Shown: piece after piece, positions 24,131-34,557 of the stretch
How positions within the stretch are numbered: position 1 is the first letter of the stretch
Layout of the letters: the number at the start of each line of letters is the position of its first letter
Source: Catajapyx aquilonaris
Taxonomy: Eukaryota
DNA: 64,000 bases
NCBI GenBank assembly: GCA_000934665.2
Contig: JYFJ02000602.1
Location: forward strand, 1 to 64,000
Direction of reading: 5' to 3'
Notes under the pieces: generated by a model
What the model saw: only the letters and a program-made list of their open reading frames with translations
Database searches by the model: none
Told to the model about the DNA's origin: nothing
Program-made: the position numbers and the translations under genes

Positions 24131-27100
24131 TTATTTTTTCTTGTCTTTGCCTTTGCCTTTTCCTGCATCCGGTTCTTTCTCTGTAAGCATCTTGTTTCTC
24201 TTCTTTCCCATAGGTGTTTTGTCAAACCATTTTTTGTACTGGTCTTCTTCTTCCCTGATGGCAAGAAAAAAAGCATCTCGAATAATTTGTCACTATCCAA
24301 GGTTTTTCAAAGTTAATACACCAAAGGTGTCATGCCATTCTCAACTCTGATGTCATGATCATTTGGACCAGGATCGATTCTGATAGTGGGTAGATTCAAA
24401 TAACCCTAAGAAAACATAATTTTACTAACTTGAACATTGGCAGATACTTGGCCAGAGCATCAACGAACTCCGATATTTGTATTGGCTTGTATTTAAGTTG
24501 CAACATCCTTCTCTTGGTGAAGACGTCTTTGATTACTTGCAGGATATTTCCTACTGTGTATTTATCTGACAGTTTGGTCAGCAGACTAAAGTCGAAGTGA
24601 GGGCTGGTGGTTGGAAGATGTTTATACATGGCACTTTTCCACAGAAGAAGCCGAGCTGCATGATCCGGAGGAGGAATCAACAGCATCCGGTTAAATGCTT
24701 GTGACATTCCCTTAGCTTCACCTTCCCATGGCTTGGAGGAGAGACCCACCATGATGAGTTGGTCCAGGGGCCCCACACCTTTCATCAATTTTATGAGGTC
24801 TTTCTTGATCCTCTTTGGCTCACTTTTGTCTGTCTTGGGCACCCGCTTCTGGAAGGTCCTGTGTGCTTCATCAAGCAATATAACTGACGGCTGCATCAAA
24901 CGGCCCACTTTTGACACCAGGTGCATCAGCATTTGAAGACCTGGTTTCCCTGGGTATTTCCCTTCTAAGTTACTGGCGGAAAGGTCGAAAAGTACAGCTC
25001 CAAGGTGTGTGCAAATTGCATTTAGGAGCAGGTGCTTTCCTGTACCGGAGGGACCAGCTAGCAGCACTGACTTCAGTACCGGAAGGGAGGCATGAGCATA
25101 GGCAGACCCTGTAAGAGTGAGTGATTACATTGATTGCTAAAAGCCACAGTTACGACTAACTAATGATTAACAATTATACATGAAGAGTTGGCACCTACCA
25201 ACACCCAATATGCAATACTCAGAGACCACACGTCGAATGTCACCAAGGCAAGGGAGAGGATTTTTGTTCTCTGCTCTCTCAAGCACTCCAGAGTAGCTTG
25301 CCTCTCCGAGAAATTCAGAGATGTCAACTTTGGGGTACTTTTTGATGATTCCTTCTATCACAAGTTCCTCGTACAGGGAATCAAGTGTCCTATCTGGAGT
25401 CAGGTCTTTTTCTTTGCGGCCCTTCTTGCCTTTACCCTTCCCCTTCTTCTTTTTCTTCTTCTTCTTCTTGCTCTTTTTCTTCTTGTCTCTGTCAAGTGCC
25501 TGAAAGGAAGCGCCTCTATAGGTAATTCAAAAAGCTGTGAACTTTTGTGTTACTAATCTGTAATGGCATGAATCCCTCTTAAGCCAGTGGTCTTCAACTT
25601 TAAGTAGTGCTGTGGTTAGAAAATTTTGGTGGATACCCAGGGTGGATTACTTACTTGCTTTAGTTGTTCCAGTTCCACTCTCATAAGTGCGTCCACCACT
25701 TGCCTCATTTCGGACTCCACCTCTGGACGTTTCAGAGCTTTAACCATTTCAACTACGTGAGATTGTTCAGGATTGTCGCTCTCATCCAAATATTTCCACA
25801 CAGCTGTAAATTAAGCTGCTGTATAAACCTTACATTCATTCACACGAGAGCTGTGCTCACCTCTGTATTCCTCGCACATTTCTTTAAACACCTCTGTAAA
25901 CAAGGAAGGCTCTACTGCCACTTCATTGTCATCTTTTTTATTCTTCTTGGCATCCTTTTTGCCTTTTTCCTCCTTCTTGTCCTTCTCACCCTTTTTGCCC
26001 TTTTTATCCACGACTGGTTCTTCATCAATGGGCGGAGGGTTAAAAATTAACGCTGATCCTCCTTCGTCATCTGATGGATATTCAGGGAAGTTTCCAGTCT
26101 GCTCTCGGGTGGTGATGAACCAATCTCGAATGTCGTCCTGCATTGTTTCCTTCATGGTTGGGCCTTCGGTGACCACCAGATATTCCCTCACTTCTATCAG
26201 GGCGTTCTGGTACTCTTCCTCATACTTGATTTGCGTTTTTCTCCGTGACTCCTCAATTGCAGTCAGCTTTTCTTTAAGGCTGTTGTCTGGTGGAGGAGCA
26301 ATCTGAAGCGAAGTTAAACGTAATTTAGTGTGAATTGGGACATGACTCGATGCTATGCAACTTGTTTGTAGCAGACATTGTGTACAATGGAAACTTGGCC
26401 ACCACAAGTATTTTAATTATAATTATTTATTTTGTTTTTTATTTTTTCGTGTTTGCAGGTGACAGCGTGTTGCTGTCATACTGTACAAGTTCTGTTCAAG
26501 TAGTGAAACCGCTACAGGTAAGTAACTATCTTGCTATCATTAAGCATGTAACAATGTTACCATTCCAAGAAACATGTCCTCCTCATCCTTCATCCTCTTC
26601 ACCCTCCTCATCGTTACGAACCTCCTGATCCAACTCTGAATCTTGGTTGCTGCCTCTTCAGGAGTGAACCTGGGAATGGACACTTTCTTTTGCCTACTTC
26701 TTATTTCCTTCTTCCTGAGAGTCAGCATGAGACGATATCTCAGTCTCCCCTGACGTGCCCTTTCATTTGTCTGAAGCAACTTGATTGCTTCTTCTATGGT
26801 CATGACTTTTGCTTCCGGTTCCTAGAGTTAAGTATGGTTTCTTTATAAATGAATGAGAGGGAAGCACCTGAGGAGCAGTACCTCTTCACCCAAAGCGAAC
26901 TTAATGTCTGAGTATTGGGTCGCTTTTTTTTCTAGGAAGGTCCGCCTGTCCTGGGCAAAGTACCTTGGGATTGGAATTTCGGTGTTCAGTGGTGTCATTT
27001 TCTCATCGAGCATGGGATTGTCAATGAAATTGACATCAGCCAGATCCATTAAGACCATTTGTTGCTGTCAAAAATATACAAGATATTTCCATCTGTGGTG

Positions 27101-28101
27101 TACAGTTAACAGTACATTTTTGCTCACCTTAAGTTGCAACATTCGTGCAATGACGGCATCGAGTACCCTTCGTACCAGCATCCTCTTTTGGGGATGCACA
27201 ACTTGATCATAGGTGAGATCTATGTCCTTCAGGGCTCTCATATATTTCAGGTACAGTTTACCAAGCATTTCATATGCATCTTCTTGCGACTGAAACAGTT
27301 ATTATAAATGTCATACATTGAACTATTACTATAGATGTCACGCAATGAAATAAAATTTAAATACAGTTTCCGCTTTTCTGCTCCATATAATTTCTTCCGA
27401 CACCAAAAGTTGCTCCAGCCTGTCTTGTACATCCTTCCACAGCTCATTGTATGTACTAGAAAGCAGAAGTTAGAAACATAAGTCAGATCTGCAAGATTCG
27501 CATTTAGTCATGAACGTGCCTAGCTTAGGACTTAACCATTAATAAATAGTGTACATCTGGAAAAAATCACATTACAACAATATGCATTGTAATATTGTAT
27601 CTCATTTGCACCAAATTATCTCAACAGGTAAATATTGCTCCCTTGCGCAAGTTTAGGAAGAGTCTATAGTTATTTCTCCTATCAGAAGGTTGTGTGTATT
27701 TTGTTACATTTGAACATAATTATTACATATGCAGTAAACATTCAAATCAGCAGAATATATGACATAATGTAACCTTACGTATTCTAACAGTCAAAAGTAT
27801 AACAAATCAGGTTTTTGCATCAATATTGCAGAATATGAATAAATATCAGTATACATCTCAGAGTGTGTGTGTTGACACCTCCAGCAATGAAGCTGGGCAA
27901 AATGCGATGGATTACTAACTCCAGTTGCGCATGAGCACTCCCATTGGTAGATCCCAGTGCATTTGGGACTGGCGTGCACCACCTGCACAAACGGAGTGAT
28001 TAATCCATCACTCTCCCCATTGTTGCGGAGTTGCCAGTGATGTTGTACCACCTATTGTTGAATGCCTTATATGCATAAAGTCATACTCACTCGTTGGACA
28101 T
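24131..28101 (-). CDS. IQCA1: IQ and AAA domain-containing protein 1 (dynein regulatory complex subunit DRC11), multi-exon
   Basis: Spliced N-terminus MSNDTYNELWKDVQ (11-nt first coding exon 28091-28101), YDQVVHPQKR, ERARQGRLR, IQ motif AATKIQSWIRRF, GNFPEYPSDDEGGS, Walker A GPSGTGK, Walker B ILLDE, last exon EEEDQYKKWFDKTPMGKKR...KKK-stop. Confidence 0.93.
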
Positions 28102-28175
28102 GTTGAGGACTGCTTCCCTGCAGTGGCTACACCATAAATCTAGGACGGTATTGAATTCAACAAGTAAAGGAGAGT

Positions 28176-28189
28176 GTTGCTGTGGTAAC
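28176..28189. promoter_or_regulatory. RFX X-box upstream of IQCA1
   Basis: GTTGCTGTGGTAAC, a 14-bp imperfect palindrome matching the X-box consensus, 75 bp upstream of the IQCA1 ATG. Confidence 0.65.
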
Positions 28190-28740
28190 GGATCAATACG
28201 TACTGGTGCTTACAAAATGAGTGATTGTGACTCATATTGATTTACTAATGTGGCAGTTTGAGAAATGCCAGATTTATTAAATATGCGCATTTCCCACTAA
28301 TAAAATATAGGAGAACATGGGCATGCACATATAGTCCATAAGTCAGTTCTGCATATTTGTAACAGGTGCTATTAACCTAATTAAGTCATGCACTATTTGT
28401 AGCCTACAGTACTCTATTTCTGATGGGTACCATGCGCAATTAGTAGCCCACTGTACAATACCAAGAGCTAATAACAACTGTACAATACCAATGCAGTAAT
28501 TTTACCCCCTTTAAGTTGTAATTGGTGCATTATTGTGTAAACAGTAAAGGAAAGGTGCTATGATGCACGCCATGGTGTATACGCCACTGATACACCCTTT
28601 TTTTTAAATCAATTCTCAAATGACAGATCATTCCATGGCAATGTTCCTTTCACAACATCCTGTACATTATTTAGCAAAAAAGAGCGCGAAACATGTTTGG
28701 AATGGCGTCTCTCCGGCGTGAATTCATTTCGGGTACTCAC

Positions 28741-28987
28741 ACGGTGGTGCGGGCGTAACCTCCGGAGAGCTCCGATTGGTCCAAGATGCGCCGCACTCCT
28801 TCTGCAGCCAATGACGGCTTCCCTGCAGCCACCGGTGTGAGTGGGTGTGAGTGGGACATTAGACAGAAGAGGAAGATCCATTGATCCTGCGGCAAGTGTC
28901 AGCCAGCCCGGCTCTCGTCGTCAGTCAGTCAGTCGGTGAGGCACCCACGATGTCTCCAGCATTTGCGGCACCGTCAGCCACACCAGG
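28741..28987. promoter_or_regulatory. Putative bidirectional promoter, IQCA1 / RXYLT1
   Basis: GC-rich island with CCAAT boxes in both orientations (~28775, ~28808), tandem TCAGT initiator motifs at 28921-28934, and a minus-strand donor (gtgagt) at 28740. Confidence 0.5.
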
Positions 28988-31777
28988 ATGTCCCTCCTGC
29001 CTGCCCTGATCGGACGAGGGGCCCACCGCCTGCTCTACTGGGGGGTGGCATTCCTGGTGGCCTACGTGCTCTTCACCTGCTATGCCGCCTACAAGCTCTA
29101 CACTGCCTCCTCAGCATCATCATCATCGGAGGAGGAGGGCATCCTCGTCCAGGCCGGTACTGTGCTGCAGCTGCACACCCATGCCTGTCCCAGCTTGGTA
29201 ACGAAGGTTATTCGCAGGAGATGTGCTGCAGAGGAGGAGGAATGCAACCGCGGAGCACGTGAGGCTGGATGTGGAGGTCTGGGGGAAGGCTGCCGTTGGG
29301 CTCTACCTCTGGGAGCATGTGCTGGGGGCCACGCTGCAGGTGATTACATGCATGCTCTGCTCAACCATGGTGGGAAACCAAGCCTAGACATTATTCAGGC
29401 AGTCCAGACATAGTGTCTAATCTTTCACTCCATTCCCTGCAAGCCAAAGAGGATGTTTTGGGATAATGATGTCCATTCAAATTGACAGAGCTGCCATGTG
29501 TGAGGTACTATATCGCTCAAAAATATGAGAGACGATTTTGCATTTTGTTTCAACGCACCGGCTGTCTCCCCAAATCGCTCAAAGCCCTCCAGGGGAACGT
29601 AAATAAAAATAACAAATATTTATTTCAATACAAGATTGTCTCCGTTTTTTTGCGCAATATACTAGTACAAGTAACATGTATTCATGACATACCAACTTCT
29701 CTTTTATTGCCCAAGGATGTGTACTTTTAGTTCAAGTAAGGAGGGTTGTATTATGATGATGTGGTGGATCTAGTCTTGCACATGTTCTGAACTGTACATT
29801 TGTATAAAGTCTTTCTGCACCCATGCTCTGAATTATTCAAAGTTCGCACCACTTTTTGAACAGGTGAAACTCACTGCATAACTTGACAGTAACATGCGGC
29901 AGGAGTGTTTGTTGAGATGTTGCGTATGCAAGGTCACATCTGACATTGTAATGGTAATTTTGGGTACTGATGGGACTAGCCTTGAATTATTATTATTATT
30001 AGGTGTACAATTTTCCAATTGATAAAAAGGTGTTGTTGACATTGTTATGCTAGTACTCCAGTTATATCAGAAATGAGAAGAAATTTTCTTCATGATTGAT
30101 GTGCTGTAACTGACAATTTCTGTTATACTGCTTTTGATGGATAGCTCAGCTGAGAAAGGGTTGAATGTAGCAGTTGCTATATAATAGGGCCCCTGGATAG
30201 GGCAGAATAAGCTACAAAAAAAGTAACAGTTTCAAGCAAAATTTCCTGTACCTAAAGGGTACTGTATATTTATATTTGTATAAATAGAAATGTATTAATT
30301 CCCATGTAGAGAATGTGTGCAGTGCTGGTGGGCAGGTAGTATCATTATCAATCTGAATGCTAGGTCATTATGCTTTGAAGATGTTAATAAGTAGTTACAG
30401 AAAGAGTTAGGCAGATTAAGTGATCGATTCCTAAAATTTCACAGGATGTGGATGGTGGCCTGTGGCGTTATGGTGTCTTCCAAGTGGGTGACCTGACACT
30501 GACCTATCGCAATGGTCCTGCCATCACCCTTGACACTGTACCGCCCCATGCGACTCATGTGATTTTGGTGCTAAATGGACGCTCACCTGAGAAGATTGAG
30601 TATTCCCGGACATGGCTGGACCATCTAAAGAGGAAGCAGCATTCAGGACGATTAAAAAAGGCTGCTGTTGTTATTCTGGGAGATGAAAAGTGTGAAAATG
30701 ACTGGCTGCTTCCATACATGGCTTCGAGGGGCGGGCCCATCAATGCTGTGTTTATGATATATGACAGCCTGTTGATTGATAACAAGGAATTTTTTCAGTG
30801 GCCTTTAGGAGTAGCCATGTAAGTAGGTGTAATTCAGCAGCAGCACTGAAATTCCTTATTTGTGCCTCTGATCCTGCAGATACAGGAATTTCCCAAGAGT
30901 AGATGCAGAAAGTTTGGACATTGTGTCCCAGCGAGCATATACATGCAACTTTTTTGGGACAGTCTATCCTGGTTCGTCCAGGGAAGAGCTGATGGACATT
31001 TTGGAGAGGCATAATCTCAGGGAGACATGCTACTCACGAACTAGAAGCGAGTGAGTCTAAACTTGTTCATCTGAAAGCGTATAGCTAAGGCAGTTTAGGT
31101 GTTGTTGTATCTATAGTTAGCACAGCAGTTTCTGCCCGGTAATTTTTATTATATCTAAAATCAACTGGCATACAGTCCTTTAAACGAGAGAATCATCTGA
31201 CATCACAGTAGCCATGTTTTCTGAGTATGTGCAGCGGAGTGATTCGGGGATGTGATAGTAGGGAAGAGCCAGCTGGACAGATCGTTCTTTAGCTTAAAGC
31301 ACTAGTTATATTTAGCGGTGATTACATCACAGAAAATTTCAATTAATTTCTTTATTTATATACAGGTGGGTGCCTCAAGAAACTGAGGAAACTCTCAGCG
31401 CCTATGTCGATGCTCTGCGACAGTCAGATCTGACACTCAGCCCCACTGGCAAAAACACTGAATGCTACCGTTTCCTGGAAGCCCTCTCTTTAGGAAGTAT
31501 TCCTGTGGTAGAAGATGTCTCAACTCCAGGAAAGTGCTCAACAGAACCACTTCGCCTCTTGAAGAAGCACAAAGCGCCATTTATATACATTAAGCATTGG
31601 AATGAGATTGTGGGACTATTAGAAAAGGAGAAGCAGCTCTCTCTGCAGGATAAAGTTAGTAGGAGAAGGCACGCACTAGAATGGTACCAGGACTTTCGGA
31701 AGCAAATGAAGAAACTATTCCTAGGTGTCATTATGGACAAGTTTTTCTCTCATGCCAGTAATGTGTTACTAGTCTGA
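28988..31777 (+). CDS. RXYLT1: Ribitol-5-phosphate xylosyltransferase 1 (TMEM5), type II membrane glycosyltransferase, multi-exon
   Basis: N-terminal TM helix; spliced motifs VWGKAAVGLYLWEH (29218-29339), ILGDEKCENDW, QWPLGVAIYRNFP, YTCNFFGTVYPGSSR, WVPQET, SDLTLSPTGKNTECYRFLEALSLGSIPVVED. Confidence 0.92.
29508..29665. mobile_element. MITE family X, copy A (RXYLT1 intron)
   Basis: TA-CTATATCGCTCAAAAA..GAGACGATTTTGCATTT left end with a degenerate inverted right end; shared with the 54021 and 60218 copies. Confidence 0.7.
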
Positions 31778-32450
31778 CTGCTCAGTATTACGGAATGGCC
31801 CTTTACATGGCCAGAAATTTTGCTTTAAGTAATCTCATGAAGCATTAATGCATTTGTTTCCAAATTTGAAGAATTTTGGTTTCTTTTTGATATCAACATA
31901 GGCAGCGCACTATCCTGTATTTTTACAAATGTTATTATTTGCATATTGAGATCACCCGGCAGTGTTTTACCTGGGAGTTAGTTTCACGTGTAATTTAAAA
32001 TAATTTTGGCTTATAAATTTATTTAGAAATCAATGTAACGAAGCTGTTAACACAGCCCTACCCATTCTGTTGTATTTATCCTGCAATCTGACTGATTAAT
32101 ATTTAGAAACAAGGTTGTTGGATTCCCATGTGGATGGATGTAGATTGTTGTTGTTTACTAACATCATCATCATCATCATCAAATAGTGTGATTGAGGGGT
32201 CAGGCTTTTCGGGGGGGAAAAAAAATCTGTTAGGATTACACCATGGTTTACTGGTGATTCATCATGATTGGCACAAGATTTCCCAAGTATTCACTCGCTT
32301 AAAATGTGAGTCATCATTGCCTTACCCTTGACGTATCATGTGTTTCAGAATTGACCTCACATCAGTATTGGTGTAAATTTCCTGCTTTTTCTTGTGACGT
32401 CTCATTCAAATGACGTGTGAATCATACTGTAGGTAAGCACATTCAATATA

Positions 32451-33213
32451 CAAGGGCGGATCAAATGAAACCCGAATATGGTGTCTGGACCGGATGCTAC
32501 TTCAGGCATGGATTTGAAACTGCCAGTACAGGAAGATGGTATTGATACCTCCTGTTGGCATGAGTCAGAATCTTCGCACGCATACCACGGCCACAGCCAC
32601 AGGCATTCCAAGATGGCATGCTCCCTATCTCACTTGTCCAAGAGGGATCAACACATTGTCGTTCAATGTTTGCTGGTCGAAGGAAATACACTGGAGCAAG
32701 TTTATAGGAGGATTCTTCCCGTATACGGCAGCAACTGCATGGGAAAGACAAGCGTATGGGAATGGTTTGGGCAATTCCAAAATGGCAGAGAATCCACGGA
32801 CGATCCTCCCTTATCAGCTTGTTGATTGCACGCCGAGCCTGGCCTGGTTGGGGAAGGTCGTCCGTGGATTCTCTGCCATTTTGGAATTTCCTGACCCATT
32901 CCCATATGGTTGCTGTATTTCCCATGCAGTTGCTGCCGTATACGGGAAGCATCCTCCGATAAATTTGCTCCGTTGCATTGCCTTCGGCCAGCAAAAATTG
33001 AACGACAATGCGTTGATCCCTCTTGGACACGTGAGATAGGGAGCATGCCATCTTGGAATGCCTGTGACTGTGGCCGTGGTATGCATGCAAAGATTCTGAC
33101 TCATGCCAATAGGAGGTATCAATACCATCTTCCTGTACTGGCAGTTTCAAATCCATGCCTGAAGTAGTATCCTGTCCAGACACCATATTTGGGTTTCATT
33201 TGATCCGCCCTCG
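32451..33213. mobile_element. Fold-back (palindromic) non-autonomous mariner derivative made of two head-to-head 5' ends
   Basis: TA dinucleotides at 32449 and 33214, termini C(A/G)AGGGCGGATCAAATGAAAC, ~360-bp inverted arms. Each arm encodes the mariner transposase N-terminal HTH (QRIVVQFLLAEG...IYRRMLPVYG...WEWVRKFQNGRESTDD). No DDD catalytic domain. Confidence 0.92.
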
Positions 33214-33806
33214 TAAGACAGGAGTGAATAGAAATGGTTAACTGATACATATGTGAGATAAATTCTGAAACACATGATGTAGGTATATTTCTGCTTTCAA
33301 AAAGCATTCCTTTTATTTTTTCAAGCCACTTTTTTATTAGATGTTGGTAAATTATTAATTAGGTATGGACAGTGCTTTTCCATGTCTTCTTTCAAGTGAT
33401 ATTGTTGCACAGTTCTCCCCACCTTTCATTGCAACTGACAGCTTAGTGAGATCCCAACACTCTGACAGTAGCCACAATAAATGTATGACAAAAAGTGGTG
33501 GAACATATGGCAAAGTGCATGGAGACTTGGCTGCAAGAATAGTGCTACTCAATAAGTGCAATTAGACTTGTTCTGCTTTCAGTTGTCTGCCCTATGTTGT
33601 TGTCATGGGCAAAGCTGGACCCCTGTTGTTTCCCTTGATGATGTTACTGTGGTGACTAACACTGACTTGTTTACAAGTTGGGATTATTGTTGCCTGTGAC
33701 TCACTTCCAGTCTGAACCACCGGCATTAAAATTTTCTGAGAACAAGGAAGCGTTTGTCTCAGATACCACGACTTTCCTTGAGATAATTAGCAAGTGACAG
33801 TACAAA

Positions 33807-34557
33807 ATGGAGGCAGATGTACCACCCTCCTACATAGTAGACAACAAGAGACTGAGACAAATAGGGATCCCTTCCAGGTCCAGCCCGTATCAGTTGACTA
33901 CCGTCATTATGCAGGTATGTACGAACAGAAAATGGTGGAACTCGGTGGGTGGAAATTTCGTCGTACTACTACATTTTCGTCATTACTACATGTAGTTACT
34001 TATAACTTAGCAGTACCAGTGTAATGCAATGGTACTGCTAGGTTAGCAGTAACTAGTAGCATGATGAAGATTCCACCCAAATATTTCTGACAATAGATTG
34101 TCAGTTCGAAAATATGAAATGTCTTGTAAACTGTGATTATATTTTGCCTGTTAGTTATTAGCTTTTGTGATACACACGATTAGTTCTGATGTCTGTTACT
34201 TTTTATGTGGTTGTACAGAAGCGCACTCTGTGGAACAGTCTCCGCCTCTTCTGGATGTGCAAGAACAGGAAGTCCAGGCCACGTCTCGTGGAGGATGCAG
34301 CCACAGATGATGCGAGCCGGAGTAGGCAGCAGAGAGTAAGAATTTCTGAGTTTCTTAGTTATTTTTGTGCATGATGTATTGCATGCCACTTCTTATAGTT
34401 TGAGGAAGAGGTTAATGATGCATTTGAAGAGGAAATGCAAGAGGGCAAAGTTACGGTACTGGAAGGACACCAAACTGAGAAGTCAAGGCGCAGTGTCCTG
34501 GACTTGCTCAGCTACGTTCCTTGCTTTAGGCAGCCATTGGATTCTTCCGACGTTTAG
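33807..34557 (+). CDS. Orphan 127-aa protein; exons 33807-33914, 34219-34335, 34399-34557
   Basis: AAAATGG start, donors CAG|gtatgt and AGA|gtaaga, acceptors gtacag and ttatag. All junctions are phase 0 and open to TAG at 34555-34557. Confidence 0.6.

Noticed and set aside
32497..33186. 229-aa ORF as a functional transposase
   Set aside because: Only the HTH region is present; the rest is read-through into the inverted arm, with no DD34D domain.
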